Shown piece by piece: positions 53,314 through 61,719 of a DNA stretch of 61,719 bases (position 1 is its first letter; each line of letters opens with the position of its first letter). Position numbers and translations under genes: made by a program. The notes beneath the pieces are model-generated. The model worked only from the letters and a program-made list of their open reading frames with translations. It ran no database searches and was not told the DNA's origin. The stretch is from IMG/VR virus record IMGVR_UViG_3300045999_005102, positions 1 to 61,719 of that record; one strand, written 5' to 3'. This DNA comes from a virus. Taxonomy: Duplodnaviria; Caudoviricetes.

Positions 53314-53654
53314 AGACCTACGCTCGACTCGATGAAGGCGGTTACGTCACCGCCATCTTCAGTGCCGTTGAGGCACCTGATGGCGCGGTTGAATACCCCG
53401 AGTCCGCGCCGCGCCTGAGTTTCCAGCGCATCCAACTGGTCGATGGTGAGTTCGTCCAGACCAGCGAAAGTTGGGCGCCGGACCCGGCCTATGACCTGCA
53501 GCGCGTGCGCGCCTACCCCAGCCTGGGCGACCAAATGGACATGATCTGGCACGCGATGGACGACAACGTGATCCCTCGGGTCGAGCCGTTCTACAGCCAG
53601 ATCAAGGCGGTCAAGGAGGCGCACCCCAAGCCCGGTGCGCCGGGGTCGAATTGA
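53310..53654 (+). CDS. Fibre-associated small protein
   Basis: R.RAYPSLGDQMDMIWH and IKAVKEAHPKP. Confidence 0.7.
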   Translation: MKTYARLDEGGYVTAIFSAVEAPDGAVEYPESAPRLSFQRIQLVDGEFVQTSESWAPDPAYDLQRVRAYPSLGDQMDMIWHAMDDNVIPRVEPFYSQIKAVKEAHPKPGAPGSN

Positions 53655-53671
53655 CCTCGCACCGGCAGAAT
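53643..53671 (+). promoter_or_regulatory. Late-promoter motif copy 4
   Basis: GGGTCGAATTG-N12-CAGAAT, 5 nt before ATG 53677. Confidence 0.55.
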
Positions 53672-53676
53672 TGGTC

Positions 53677-54162
53677 ATGCTCGCCAATTCCGCGTCCACC
53701 GTCTGCGTGCGCCCAGCCGAGCCGGACGACCTGCCGGCGCTGATGCGCATGGCCGAGCAATTCCACACCGCCTCGCCCTGCGCGGCCTACATCCCGTTTT
53801 GCCCGGCCTCGATGGCCGACACGTTCCACCGGCTGGCAGTGGGCGAGACGTCATGCCTGCTGGTGGGCGACGTCGGCGGGGAAGTGCTGGGCATGATCGC
53901 CGGGGTCGCATCGCCGCACTATGTCAACGCGGCGCACACGACCACGCACGAACTGTTCTGGTGGGTGGACCCTGCCGCACGTCACACACGCACGGCGTTG
54001 CGCCTGCTGCAGGCCTTTGAGGACTGGGCCAAGGCGATCGGATCGAGCACCCTTTTCATGGCCAGCACCGCCACCATGACGCCTGACAAGCTGGCGCGCT
54101 TCTACGAGCGCAAGGGCTACGGCGCAGTGGACGTGAACTACGCCAAGAACCTGGAGAACTGA
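53677..54162 (+). CDS. GNAT-family acetyltransferase
   Basis: VRPAEPDDLPAL, ELFWWVDP.AR, AFE.WAK..G and FYERKGY; precedes the ejection genes. Confidence 0.85.
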   Translation: MLANSASTVCVRPAEPDDLPALMRMAEQFHTASPCAAYIPFCPASMADTFHRLAVGETSCLLVGDVGGEVLGMIAGVASPHYVNAAHTTTHELFWWVDPAARHTRTALRLLQAFEDWAKAIGSSTLFMASTATMTPDKLARFYERKGYGAVDVNYAKNLEN

Positions 54163-54164
54163 AC

Positions 54165-54866
54165 ATGGCTATCGGCACTGCAGCGGCCATCATCGGCTCG
54201 GCCGTCATCGGGGGGGTCGCTTCCAACAGCGCATCGAGAAGGGCCGCCCGTGCCCAGCAGGGCGCCTCCGACGCCGCGGCTCAACAGGCCGAGATTGCGC
54301 GAGAGCAGTGGGACACCTACAAGGAAACCTACCAGCCGCTGGAGCGGCGACTGGTGGCCGATGCGCAGCAGTTCGACTCGCCCGAGCGGTACGCCGAAGC
54401 GGCTGGCGAAGCGGCGGCCGACGTCAACAGCCAGTTCGGCCTTGCCCGCGAGCGCCTGAGCCGGCAGCCGGGCTTCGATCCCTCGTCGGCTGCAGCCCAG
54501 TCCAGCATGGTCGGGTTGGAGTTGTCTCAAGCAGCGGCGGGCGCCACCAGCCAGAACACGGCCCGGCGCAACATCCGCGACACGGCCTGGGCGCGCAAGG
54601 TGGACGCGATGAGCCTGGGCAAAGGTCTGCCCGCGCAGGCCTCGTCGATGCTGAATTCGTCGGCGAACACGATGGGTAACATCGCGGCCAACCAGTACAG
54701 TCTGGCCGACTCGCAGGCGCGCAACGCCGGCCGAGTGGCGGATCGGATCTTTTCCACGCCGACGGTGAGCAACTGGTTGGGGAACGTAGGCACCTCAGTC
54801 AAGTACGGCACGGACATCGGCTCGCAGCAGACCAACATGCTGCAGCAGCAAGAGTTCGGGATGTAG
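54165..54866 (+). CDS. Internal virion (ejection) protein
   Basis: Gly/Ala-rich hydrophobic N-terminus and Ala/Gln-rich body. Confidence 0.75.
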   Translation: MAIGTAAAIIGSAVIGGVASNSASRRAARAQQGASDAAAQQAEIAREQWDTYKETYQPLERRLVADAQQFDSPERYAEAAGEAAADVNSQFGLARERLSRQPGFDPSSAAAQSSMVGLELSQAAAGATSQNTARRNIRDTAWARKVDAMSLGKGLPAQASSMLNSSANTMGNIAANQYSLADSQARNAGRVADRIFSTPTVSNWLGNVGTSVKYGTDIGSQQTNMLQQQEFGM

Positions 54867-54874
54867 GAGATACC

Positions 54875-56113
54875 ATGAGCCTCGCAATGGGCCTGTCGGC
54901 CCTCGATGAATACTTCCGCGAAGGCGACCGCCGAGAACTGCGCGACCGCGACCGCAAACGGTTTGGCTGGGAGTCGCAACGCTCCGATGCTGAGATGTCG
55001 GTGCTGGGCGACAAGACCGAGGCCGACCGCCTGAGCTACCGCGATCGGGTAGGGGAGTCCGGTGCGCGCATCGCCACCCGACCGCAGCGCACGGCCAACG
55101 AGATTGTTCGCCTGGGCCAGGAAGGCTACAGCCTGGAGCGCGCCGGGGCGCGTCAGCCCAGGGTCGAGGACACCACCGACGCCAAGGTCGATTACTCCCT
55201 GGCCGACGCCAAGTTCGGACTTACCCAGCAGCCGACCGTGCAGGACACCCAGCGCAACACCAACGAAGTCGGCCTGCAGAACTCGGCCAACGCGCTGCAG
55301 AACAACCCGGCTCGTCTGGAGACCGCGACCAACCAGACCATGGTGGGGCTGAACCAGTCGCGTGAGGATCTTTCCACGCAACCGGTCAAGATCGCCACCC
55401 AAGCGGCGCAGGGCGTCATCAGTCAGGCCCAGGCTCAAGGCCAGTTGGTCTCGGGCCTGTACGACACCCTGCAGTCTGGCAACCCGGACATGGTGCGCAA
55501 CTACATCCAGGGTTCAATCAACACCGGCCTGTTCCCGTCGCTCAAGGGCAAGACGGTGGCCGAGGTCGGCTCAATGAAGGATGCCAAAGGCCAGCCCCTA
55601 CTGGTGGCCAAGGGCGCAGACGGCGCGGTGCTGTTCCAGATGCCGCTGGCCGACATGCAGCGCGTGCGTGACTCGATGGACAAGGGTCAAGTGTTCAACG
55701 TGAACGACGGCAACAGCCTTGTGCAGGTCAAGGGCGGCAAGGCCACGCCGCTCTACACGGCGCCTACCTCACCGGGCAAGGCGGTTGAGCGCGAAGGCAA
55801 GAAGCCGGCCGAGGTGCAGCTTGCAGAATGGCTCATCAAGAGCAGGGTCGCGCCCAACGAGGCAGAGGCATGGAGGCTTGTGCGCTCGTCAAAGGAAAAG
55901 AGCAGATCTGCATTCGTCCAAGAGTACGTGCTGAAAACTGCAGGAATTGTGGACCCATCCAAGGCCGCGACTGACGCCGGAAAGATGTGGGACAGCCAGA
56001 ACCAACCGCAAGGCGGGGGGCCAGCCGCTGGTGGTCCGCGTGCAACGCCTGCCGCGCCCGCAGCCCAACCCGGCATGGACCCGGCCCTCAAGAAGTTGCT
56101 CGGCATCCCCTGA
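54875..56113 (+). CDS. Internal virion (ejection) protein
   Basis: AGGAG RBS; genomic position and Gln/Ala-rich composition. Confidence 0.7.
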   Translation: MSLAMGLSALDEYFREGDRRELRDRDRKRFGWESQRSDAEMSVLGDKTEADRLSYRDRVGESGARIATRPQRTANEIVRLGQEGYSLERAGARQPRVEDTTDAKVDYSLADAKFGLTQQPTVQDTQRNTNEVGLQNSANALQNNPARLETATNQTMVGLNQSREDLSTQPVKIATQAAQGVISQAQAQGQLVSGLYDTLQSGNPDMVRNYIQGSINTGLFPSLKGKTVAEVGSMKDAKGQPLLVAKGADGAVLFQMPLADMQRVRDSMDKGQVFNVNDGNSLVQVKGGKATPLYTAPTSPGKAVEREGKKPAEVQLAEWLIKSRVAPNEAEAWRLVRSSKEKSRSAFVQEYVLKTAGIVDPSKAATDAGKMWDSQNQPQGGGPAAGGPRATPAAPAAQPGMDPALKKLLGIP

Positions 56114-56116
56114 GTC

Positions 56117-59100
56117 ATGGCACTGAACCAGAACTTCTCGGACTTCTTCGAGCAGCCGGCGCCGAAGCCGGCGCAGCCGAAGCCCGCCCAGCCCAAGCCG
56201 GCCGCGCCCGCCGAAGACAAGTTCGCAGGCGTGCCGGCCTGGACCGACATCCAGTCCAAGCCCGAGTTCCAGGCGCTGCCTGCGGCCAAGCAAGCCGAGG
56301 CCAAGGCCGCCTACTTCGACTACTGGGTGGCGCCGCGAGTCGGCCAGGACGCGGGCGCGATCCGCGAGCAGTTCCTGGGCCCAGCGCCAGAGCCAGCCCC
56401 CGCCGTAGACGAGCAGGCTGGGCAGGCGGCGTTCGGGATCTACCCCAAGGCCAAGAGCGCCAAGCCGGCCAAGCCGATCCTGGAGCAGCCGGGCCCGGTG
56501 CCCGACCAGGAGTTCACCAGCCGGGCGCCCGTCAAGCCCGAGGTTCGGCGTGCGTTCGAGGCGGCTTGGAACTCGGCCACGCCCGCCGAGCGGTCGATGA
56601 TGGGCGCTGCCCCCGGCTGGACGGGACAACTGGCCCGCGAGCGCGCCGGTTTCGCCCAGGCCACCGACCAGGGCATGGCTCAGGCCGGCACCGGCATGCG
56701 CACCATGCTCGAAGGCCTGGACCCCCGCGCCGAGTTCCGAGCCGCCCGTCTGCGCCTGCAGGGCGAAGACCCGCGCTTTGCCGAGACGGCCGGGCGCGAG
56801 GGCGCCAAGCGCAACGTCACGCCTGGGCAAGAGATCAAGGCGCTGGACGGCACGGTCCAAGAGTCCACGTTCAACTTCGAGACTGCCGACTTCTTCGACC
56901 CCAAGAACCCGGCCAACGGCGCGAACAACGCGCTGGTGCGCGGCATCACCAAGGGCGTGCTCGGGATCGGCAAGACCTACGCCGGCCTGTTCCAGTTCCA
57001 GTCCGACTTGATCGGGTTCGATGCAGCCTCGAAGTCGGCGGCTGACGCCGGGCGCGGCATTCGCGGCCAGGAAGAGGCCATCGGCGAGCGCGGAACTTTC
57101 CTGGAGCGCAACCTGGAAGGCGCAGTCAGTTCGATCGCCCAACAGTTGCCGCTCCTCATCACCGGCACGGCCGTGGCATCGCAGGCCATCCCGCTCGCCG
57201 GCATGGCGCTGCAGTCGTTCGGCCAGGAGTACAGCGACGGTCGGGCCAAGGGGCAGAACACTGGACAGGCCGCCACCCGGGCTGGGATGTTCTCTGCCTT
57301 CGAGGTGATCGGCGAGAAGTTCGGCCTGGGCGCCCAGATGGACGCGCTGCGCGCCGCGGCTCGGGGCATGCCCACGGACGAGATCGCCAACCTGCTGTTC
57401 TCGGCGCTGAAGAAGGAGATCCCGGGCGAACTGCTGACCACCACCGGCCAGTTCTCGGTGGACAAGTTCGCGGGCAACGGCATTGGCCTAAACCCGAACG
57501 CCACGTTCGGCGACTACATGAAGCAGGTCGCCGACACGATCGCGCAGACCATCATGCAGTCGGGGCTCATGGGTGCTGGCACCACGGGCGTCTCGGCAGG
57601 CGTGCGTTTTCTGCGCGACAGTGGCGTGAGCCAGGGCGTGGCCGAGGCCGACGCAGAGGCCGCTAAGCGCACGGCGCTGGATCGTTGGTCCGGTTTCATC
57701 GGTCGCAAGCAGCCGGCCGCGGACACGCCGACCACGGTGGACGGCCGGATCGAGCCCAGCCTGGGCGCCACCGCGCCGGCCGGGGATCCGCTCGTCCAGA
57801 CCGCCGACGAGATCGTGCGCGGCATGGCAACCGACGCGGGCCTGCCCGAGTCCACGGTGCTGCCGACCGCACCCACGGCGACGAATGCCCCGGCTGCGGA
57901 GGCGCAACCGACGGTGGATGCCGGGATCGCTGCGCAGACGTCGGCTGGGGCGCCCGCCACACCGGCCGCCATCACCCAGGGCGACCAGGACATCCTCGAC
58001 TTCGCGGGCACGCGCTTCCAGCAGTTGCGCGACAAGCAGGGCACGCCCGAAGAACCCGGCCCGGGGTTGTCCGCAAGCGAGTCCCAGGAACTGCAGGCCC
58101 TCGTGCAGGCACGCGGCAACCCTGTCGCGTTGCGCGAGTTCTACGGCATCGACCAACCAGGAGAAGCAGATGTACGGCAAACCGAAGAATCACTCGATGG
58201 GTCTGCATCAGGCCCGGCCACCGGCCAAGGCGCCCAAGGGCAAGCAGCCCCCGGCGCAGTACCAGAACAGCCAGGGCAACAGCCCAATGAAGATGGCCAA
58301 GCGCAAGGGCTAGACCAAGCGATCGACGGCCTGGGCGCCCTGTTCGGCGGTCAACAGCAAGAGACCGAAGCGCAGCGCGAAGCCCGCCTGGAGCGCGAGG
58401 CGATCCAGGGCGAGAGCGCCTTCCAGGCCCAGGCGCCTACCAACGACGACGACATCCCATTGGATCTCGGCCCACCCAGGACCGAGAAAGAGGCACGCCA
58501 GCGAAAGGAGCAGCAGCCCAATGTCCAAGCCGATCAAGCCCAGCAAGCAGAAACGCCGCGAGAAGAAACCCTACGAGCCCCCGCCGCACCGCAGGGTGCT
58601 GCCGCCCCAGGGGTAGGGCCCAAGACCGAGCGCGAGGCCAAGCGGCAACGCGACGTGGAAGATCTGACTGCGCAAGTCAACTCGGCGACAAGTCTTGAAG
58701 AGCTTTCCAGGATCGCCAACGAATCCAATGCGCGCTTTCCCGAAGCCGACGTGCTGGGAGAAGGTGAGCCGAATGACGATGACAGGGCGATGGCCGCTGT
58801 CTCGCGGGCGGCTGCGCAACGCGCAAAGCAAATCATGGAAAGTGGTAGGGGCAATTCCACCACTCCCAAGACCGAGAAAGAAGCCAAGGAGCGCAAGCAA
58901 CAGCCTGCGACAGAGGCTGAACTAGATGCGCTGTATGACCGCGCCGAAAAGCTGACAAAGGACTTCCCGAAAGAGTCTGGAGAAATCCAGCAGCAGGTCA
59001 TGGACGCCGGCGAGAAGTTTTCTTTGCCGGAGGTCGAGGCGCGCCTTTCGGATCTTGAGCAGAGGCAAGAGCGCGTCAGGCAAATCAAAAACGACTTCAA

Positions 59101-60295
59101 CAGTTGGCGAGAGGGCCTGCGGCGCACAGAGGGCGAACTGCGCACGTCGTTGCTTGATCCAGCCAACAAGAATCGCACGGACGAGATCAACAAGCAGATC
59201 GAAAACCTGGGCGATCAGGCAGCAGCCGGGTATCAGAAGCTCGAAGCCGACATCGAGGCAGCCAAGACAGGCAAACCGGCCAAGCCCAAGACCGAACGCG
59301 AGGCCAAGCAGCAGCGGCTGGCCGACAAGCCGCTGCCGGAGTGGACGCAGAAAAAAGACAACTCGTTCCCGGACGGAACCTCGTTCGAGTGGGAGCAGAA
59401 CGGCGACAACGTCTTCTTGGTGGCCAAAGTCGGAGACAAAGTTGTCTCTCGTCAGAGCGAAGGACAGGTCCGCGAGCGCGTGGCTTACGGCTCAATGGTG
59501 ATGAGCAAGGCCCTGCTCGAAGAAAAGATGAGGGAACTCGGCCTGACCCCGGACCAGAAGTGGACCCCGAAAGGCGGCGACACCAGCGTCCAGGATGCCA
59601 TCGACAGGAGAGAGAAGCGGTCTGACGAGCGTTCGCGTGTAAGCGGAGCTTTAGACGACGCCATCAAGCGGGCCGACAAGGCTGGCGCAACCGAGACCAA
59701 GTCAAAGCTGGTTGGGGCGCGCATCAAGTTCGACAACAAGAGCATGGGCCCAGCCGAAGTGCGCAAGTTGATCGAGCGCACCGACTCGGACATCGAAAAG
59801 GAAACCGCACCCAAGACCGGCGCCGAGCCGCAAAGGCTGTCCGCAAAGCAAATCAACAGGCTCATAACCAAGCACGGCACGCAGTTCAACAACCCAGTCG
59901 AGATTGAGCGTGCGTTCGGCGATGGCGACCTAGTGTTTGCCTCGCACGACATGATGGAGGAGCCGGCGCAAGTCACCACCATGAAGATGCTGGAGAGCTA
60001 CACGCCTGACCAGCTTTTCATCGTGCCACGGGCGGCTGCAGAAGAGACCCTGAGCCGGGGTGGGGCGCCCAAGCCCAAGACCGAGAAAGAGGCCAAGGCC
60101 CCAGCCCCACCGCCCCCACCGCCGCCGCCGCCGCCCCAGGCCCCCACCCTCTCCGGCGTGAAGGTCAAATTCGACGTCATGGTCGAAGATACGGGCCAGA
60201 CGGCGTCGATGACGGTGGATGCTGCTGCCCAGATGAAAGAGTACGAAGACCGCGAATCAGTGTTGCGAGAGTTGATCGCTTGCCTGCAAAAGTGA
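56117..60295 (+). CDS. Large internal virion protein (1392 aa)
   Basis: Helical Gly/Ala-rich central region, long linkers, repeated PKTEKEAK motif and C-terminal LRELIACL. Confidence 0.85.
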   Translation: MALNQNFSDFFEQPAPKPAQPKPAQPKPAAPAEDKFAGVPAWTDIQSKPEFQALPAAKQAEAKAAYFDYWVAPRVGQDAGAIREQFLGPAPEPAPAVDEQAGQAAFGIYPKAKSAKPAKPILEQPGPVPDQEFTSRAPVKPEVRRAFEAAWNSATPAERSMMGAAPGWTGQLARERAGFAQATDQGMAQAGTGMRTMLEGLDPRAEFRAARLRLQGEDPRFAETAGREGAKRNVTPGQEIKALDGTVQESTFNFETADFFDPKNPANGANNALVRGITKGVLGIGKTYAGLFQFQSDLIGFDAASKSAADAGRGIRGQEEAIGERGTFLERNLEGAVSSIAQQLPLLITGTAVASQAIPLAGMALQSFGQEYSDGRAKGQNTGQAATRAGMFSAFEVIGEKFGLGAQMDALRAAARGMPTDEIANLLFSALKKEIPGELLTTTGQFSVDKFAGNGIGLNPNATFGDYMKQVADTIAQTIMQSGLMGAGTTGVSAGVRFLRDSGVSQGVAEADAEAAKRTALDRWSGFIGRKQPAADTPTTVDGRIEPSLGATAPAGDPLVQTADEIVRGMATDAGLPESTVLPTAPTATNAPAAEAQPTVDAGIAAQTSAGAPATPAAITQGDQDILDFAGTRFQQLRDKQGTPEEPGPGLSASESQELQALVQARGNPVALREFYGIDQPGEADVRQTEESLDGSASGPATGQGAQGQAAPGAVPEQPGQQPNEDGQAQGLDQAIDGLGALFGGQQQETEAQREARLEREAIQGESAFQAQAPTNDDDIPLDLGPPRTEKEARQRKEQQPNVQADQAQQAETPREETLRAPAAPQGAAAPGVGPKTEREAKRQRDVEDLTAQVNSATSLEELSRIANESNARFPEADVLGEGEPNDDDRAMAAVSRAAAQRAKQIMESGRGNSTTPKTEKEAKERKQQPATEAELDALYDRAEKLTKDFPKESGEIQQQVMDAGEKFSLPEVEARLSDLEQRQERVRQIKNDFNSWREGLRRTEGELRTSLLDPANKNRTDEINKQIENLGDQAAAGYQKLEADIEAAKTGKPAKPKTEREAKQQRLADKPLPEWTQKKDNSFPDGTSFEWEQNGDNVFLVAKVGDKVVSRQSEGQVRERVAYGSMVMSKALLEEKMRELGLTPDQKWTPKGGDTSVQDAIDRREKRSDERSRVSGALDDAIKRADKAGATETKSKLVGARIKFDNKSMGPAEVRKLIERTDSDIEKETAPKTGAEPQRLSAKQINRLITKHGTQFNNPVEIERAFGDGDLVFASHDMMEEPAQVTTMKMLESYTPDQLFIVPRAAAEETLSRGGAPKPKTEKEAKAPAPPPPPPPPPPQAPTLSGVKVKFDVMVEDTGQTASMTVDAAAQMKEYEDRESVLRELIACLQK
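58170..58313 (+). CDS. Nested +1-frame small basic protein (47 aa)
   Basis: AGGAG 6 nt before the ATG; MYGKPKNHSMG...MKMAKRKG. Confidence 0.45.
   Translation: MYGKPKNHSMGLHQARPPAKAPKGKQPPAQYQNSQGNSPMKMAKRKG
58521..58616 (+). CDS. Nested +1-frame small basic peptide (31 aa)
   Basis: AAGGAG 10 nt before the ATG; MSKPIKPSKQKRREKKPYEPPPHRRVLPPQG. Confidence 0.35.
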   Translation: MSKPIKPSKQKRREKKPYEPPPHRRVLPPQG

Positions 60296-60305
60296 GAATC
60301 CCTCA

Positions 60306-60644
60306 ATGAAGTCGGTCAAGTCGATCCAGGATCTCAAGAAAATGGCCCTGCGTCAGGGGGCCACGGTCGAGATCGGTTCGGAGCGGTTCAACACGGCCGG
60401 CGTGCGCGCCCAGGTGGTCCCCAAGCCCGCGCCCAAGCCCGCGCCCGCACCGCCACCGACGCCAGCCGTGGCGGCCATCGACATGGCGCCGATGGCGCTT
60501 GCACAGGAGAAGCTGGGAGCCATGCTGGCGCACGCGATCGCATCGCTTCCGCAGCCTCACGTCCCCGTTCGTGAGTGGCTGTTCACGGTCGAGCGGGACA
60601 AGGACGGTCTACTGACCAACATTCGCGCAACTGCGCAAAGCTGA
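60306..60644 (+). CDS. Hypothetical structural protein
   Basis: Pro-rich linker; W.FTVERDKDG C-terminus. Confidence 0.7.
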   Translation: MKSVKSIQDLKKMALRQGATVEIGSERFNTAGVRAQVVPKPAPKPAPAPPPTPAVAAIDMAPMALAQEKLGAMLAHAIASLPQPHVPVREWLFTVERDKDGLLTNIRATAQS

Positions 60645-60667
60645 AACCATCGACACGGGGCCAAGCA

Positions 60668-61093
60668 ATGCCAAAGAACACCCAACTGACCAACGCCACC
60701 GTCAACGGTCAAGCCGACGACCTCGCGACGCGGCTGAACAACGGCTACCTGCGCATCTATGACGGCGCCCAGCCGGCCGACGCAGACACCGCCGTCAGCA
60801 CGCAGACACTGCTGGCCGAGTTGCGCTTCAACACCACGGCGGCGCCTGCGGCGGTCAACGGCGTGCTGACATTCAACGCGCTCACGGCCGACAGCAGCGC
60901 CAACGCCAGCGGCACCGCGTCCTGGTTCCGCGCCCTGTCGTCCAACGGCTCCACGGCGGTCATGGATGGCACCGTGGGCGAGACCGCCGACACGCCCAAC
61001 CTCGTGCTCAACAGCAAGGCGATCTCGGCCGGCGCCAGCGTGTCAGTGTCGTCCTTCACCCACACCGTTCAGAAGGCCACCAGCGGCCTGTAA
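60668..61093 (+). CDS. Small structural protein
   Basis: LRIYDG.QPA.AD.A...TLLAEL and GTASWFR. Confidence 0.75.
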   Translation: MPKNTQLTNATVNGQADDLATRLNNGYLRIYDGAQPADADTAVSTQTLLAELRFNTTAAPAAVNGVLTFNALTADSSANASGTASWFRALSSNGSTAVMDGTVGETADTPNLVLNSKAISAGASVSVSSFTHTVQKATSGL

Positions 61094-61105
61094 AGGAGTT
61101 GCCCC

Positions 61106-61546
61106 ATGTCCATGACCAACGCTGCCGAGCACGCATTTCTCGACCTCCTGTTCCTCAACGTCGATTGGAGCAACATCGGCGACGCCGCCGGCCTGCAGAA
61201 CAGCGCTGCTGCAGGCTCGTTTTTCATCTCGCTGCACAGCGCAGACCCTGGCGAGGCGGGCAACCAGAGCACAAACGAGATCGCCTACACCGGCTACGGC
61301 CGCGTAGGTGTAACCCGCACGGCAGGCGGCTTCACTCGCACCGGGTCTACCATCGCCAACACCGCGCTGGTGCAGTTCGGTCAGTGTACGGCGGGCAGCG
61401 CCACGGCCACGCACTTCGGCATCGGCACGGACTCCACGGGCACCGGCCACCTGCTGCTGAAGGGAGCACTGAACGCCAGCCTGTCCATCTCCAACGGCAT
61501 CCAGCCGCAGTTCGCCGCTGGTGCGCTGACGGCCACGGTTGATTGA
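61106..61546 (+). CDS. Small structural protein, paralog C of 40873/41312
   Basis: SLHSADPGEAGNQSTNE.AYTGY.RV and THFGIG. Confidence 0.78.
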   Translation: MSMTNAAEHAFLDLLFLNVDWSNIGDAAGLQNSAAAGSFFISLHSADPGEAGNQSTNEIAYTGYGRVGVTRTAGGFTRTGSTIANTALVQFGQCTAGSATATHFGIGTDSTGTGHLLLKGALNASLSISNGIQPQFAAGALTATVD

Positions 61547-61547
61547 T

Positions 61548-61694
61548 GTGGTGTACCGCTGCGCTCACTGTCGGGAGTTGCTGACGCTGACCGACACCGA
61601 GTTGTCGGCCTGCTCAGAGCACCCTGACGGGGGCGTGGAGTGGTCACCCGACGAAGTGGAGTGGATACCGCTGGAGGACCCTGATGCCGTTTAG
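61548..61694 (+). CDS. Small Cys-containing hypothetical protein (not in the ORF track)
   Basis: YRCAHC...C.EHPDG; fills the gap and overlaps the next start. Confidence 0.5.
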   Translation: MVYRCAHCRELLTLTDTELSACSEHPDGGVEWSPDEVEWIPLEDPDAV

Positions 61695-61719
61695 GTCCGT
61701 TGCCGAGGTGGCTAATGCC
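61684..61719 (+). CDS. 5' end of a gene truncated by the window edge
   Basis: GGAGG RBS followed by MPFRSVAEVANA. Confidence 0.55.
   Translation, partial: MPFRSVAEVANA

Larger units (their letters stand above)
1..61719. mobile_element. Temperate podovirus-like bacteriophage, near-complete permuted genome (Bcep22-like gene content)
   Basis: Terminase, portal, capsid, fibres, ejection proteins, integrase with attP, cI/cro, replication and lysis genes are all present. No host housekeeping genes and no tape-measure or sheath gene were recognised. Confidence 0.95.

Noticed and set aside
60100-60140. C-rich tract as a regulatory repeat
   Set aside because: Explained by a poly-proline linker in the 1392-aa protein.

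Overview
The window is a near-complete, circularly permuted, GC-rich genome of a temperate podovirus-like phage with an architecture like the Bcep22 group. It has a P22-type terminase and portal, an N4-gp56-family capsid protein, several fibres, and very large ejection/polyvalent proteins including a 3406-aa methyltransferase-helicase. It also has a tyrosine integrase with an intact attP built on the 3' half of tRNA-Arg(ACG), so this is the excised/virion form and the host is probably a betaproteobacterium. Other modules are a cI/cro switch, a Sak4-like/SSB-like/Cas4-like/helicase recombination operon, a primase-polymerase-helicase, a leftward array of small early genes and a lysis pair. The last gene is cut at the right edge, so a short piece between 61719 and 1 is missing. 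Most notable: (i) apparently real +1-frame genes nested in the linkers of both giant virion proteins; (ii) a PKTE(K/R)EAK-delimited module array inside one giant gene; (iii) a repressor lacking autocleavage residues, with 17-bp operators scattered far from the switch; (iv) a repeated non-canonical late-promoter motif; (v) conserved junction sequences and hairpins in the early gene array; (vi) a recently amplified 141-bp-repeat propeller gene next to the fibre. All family assignments come from motif recognition by eye; no database search was run.
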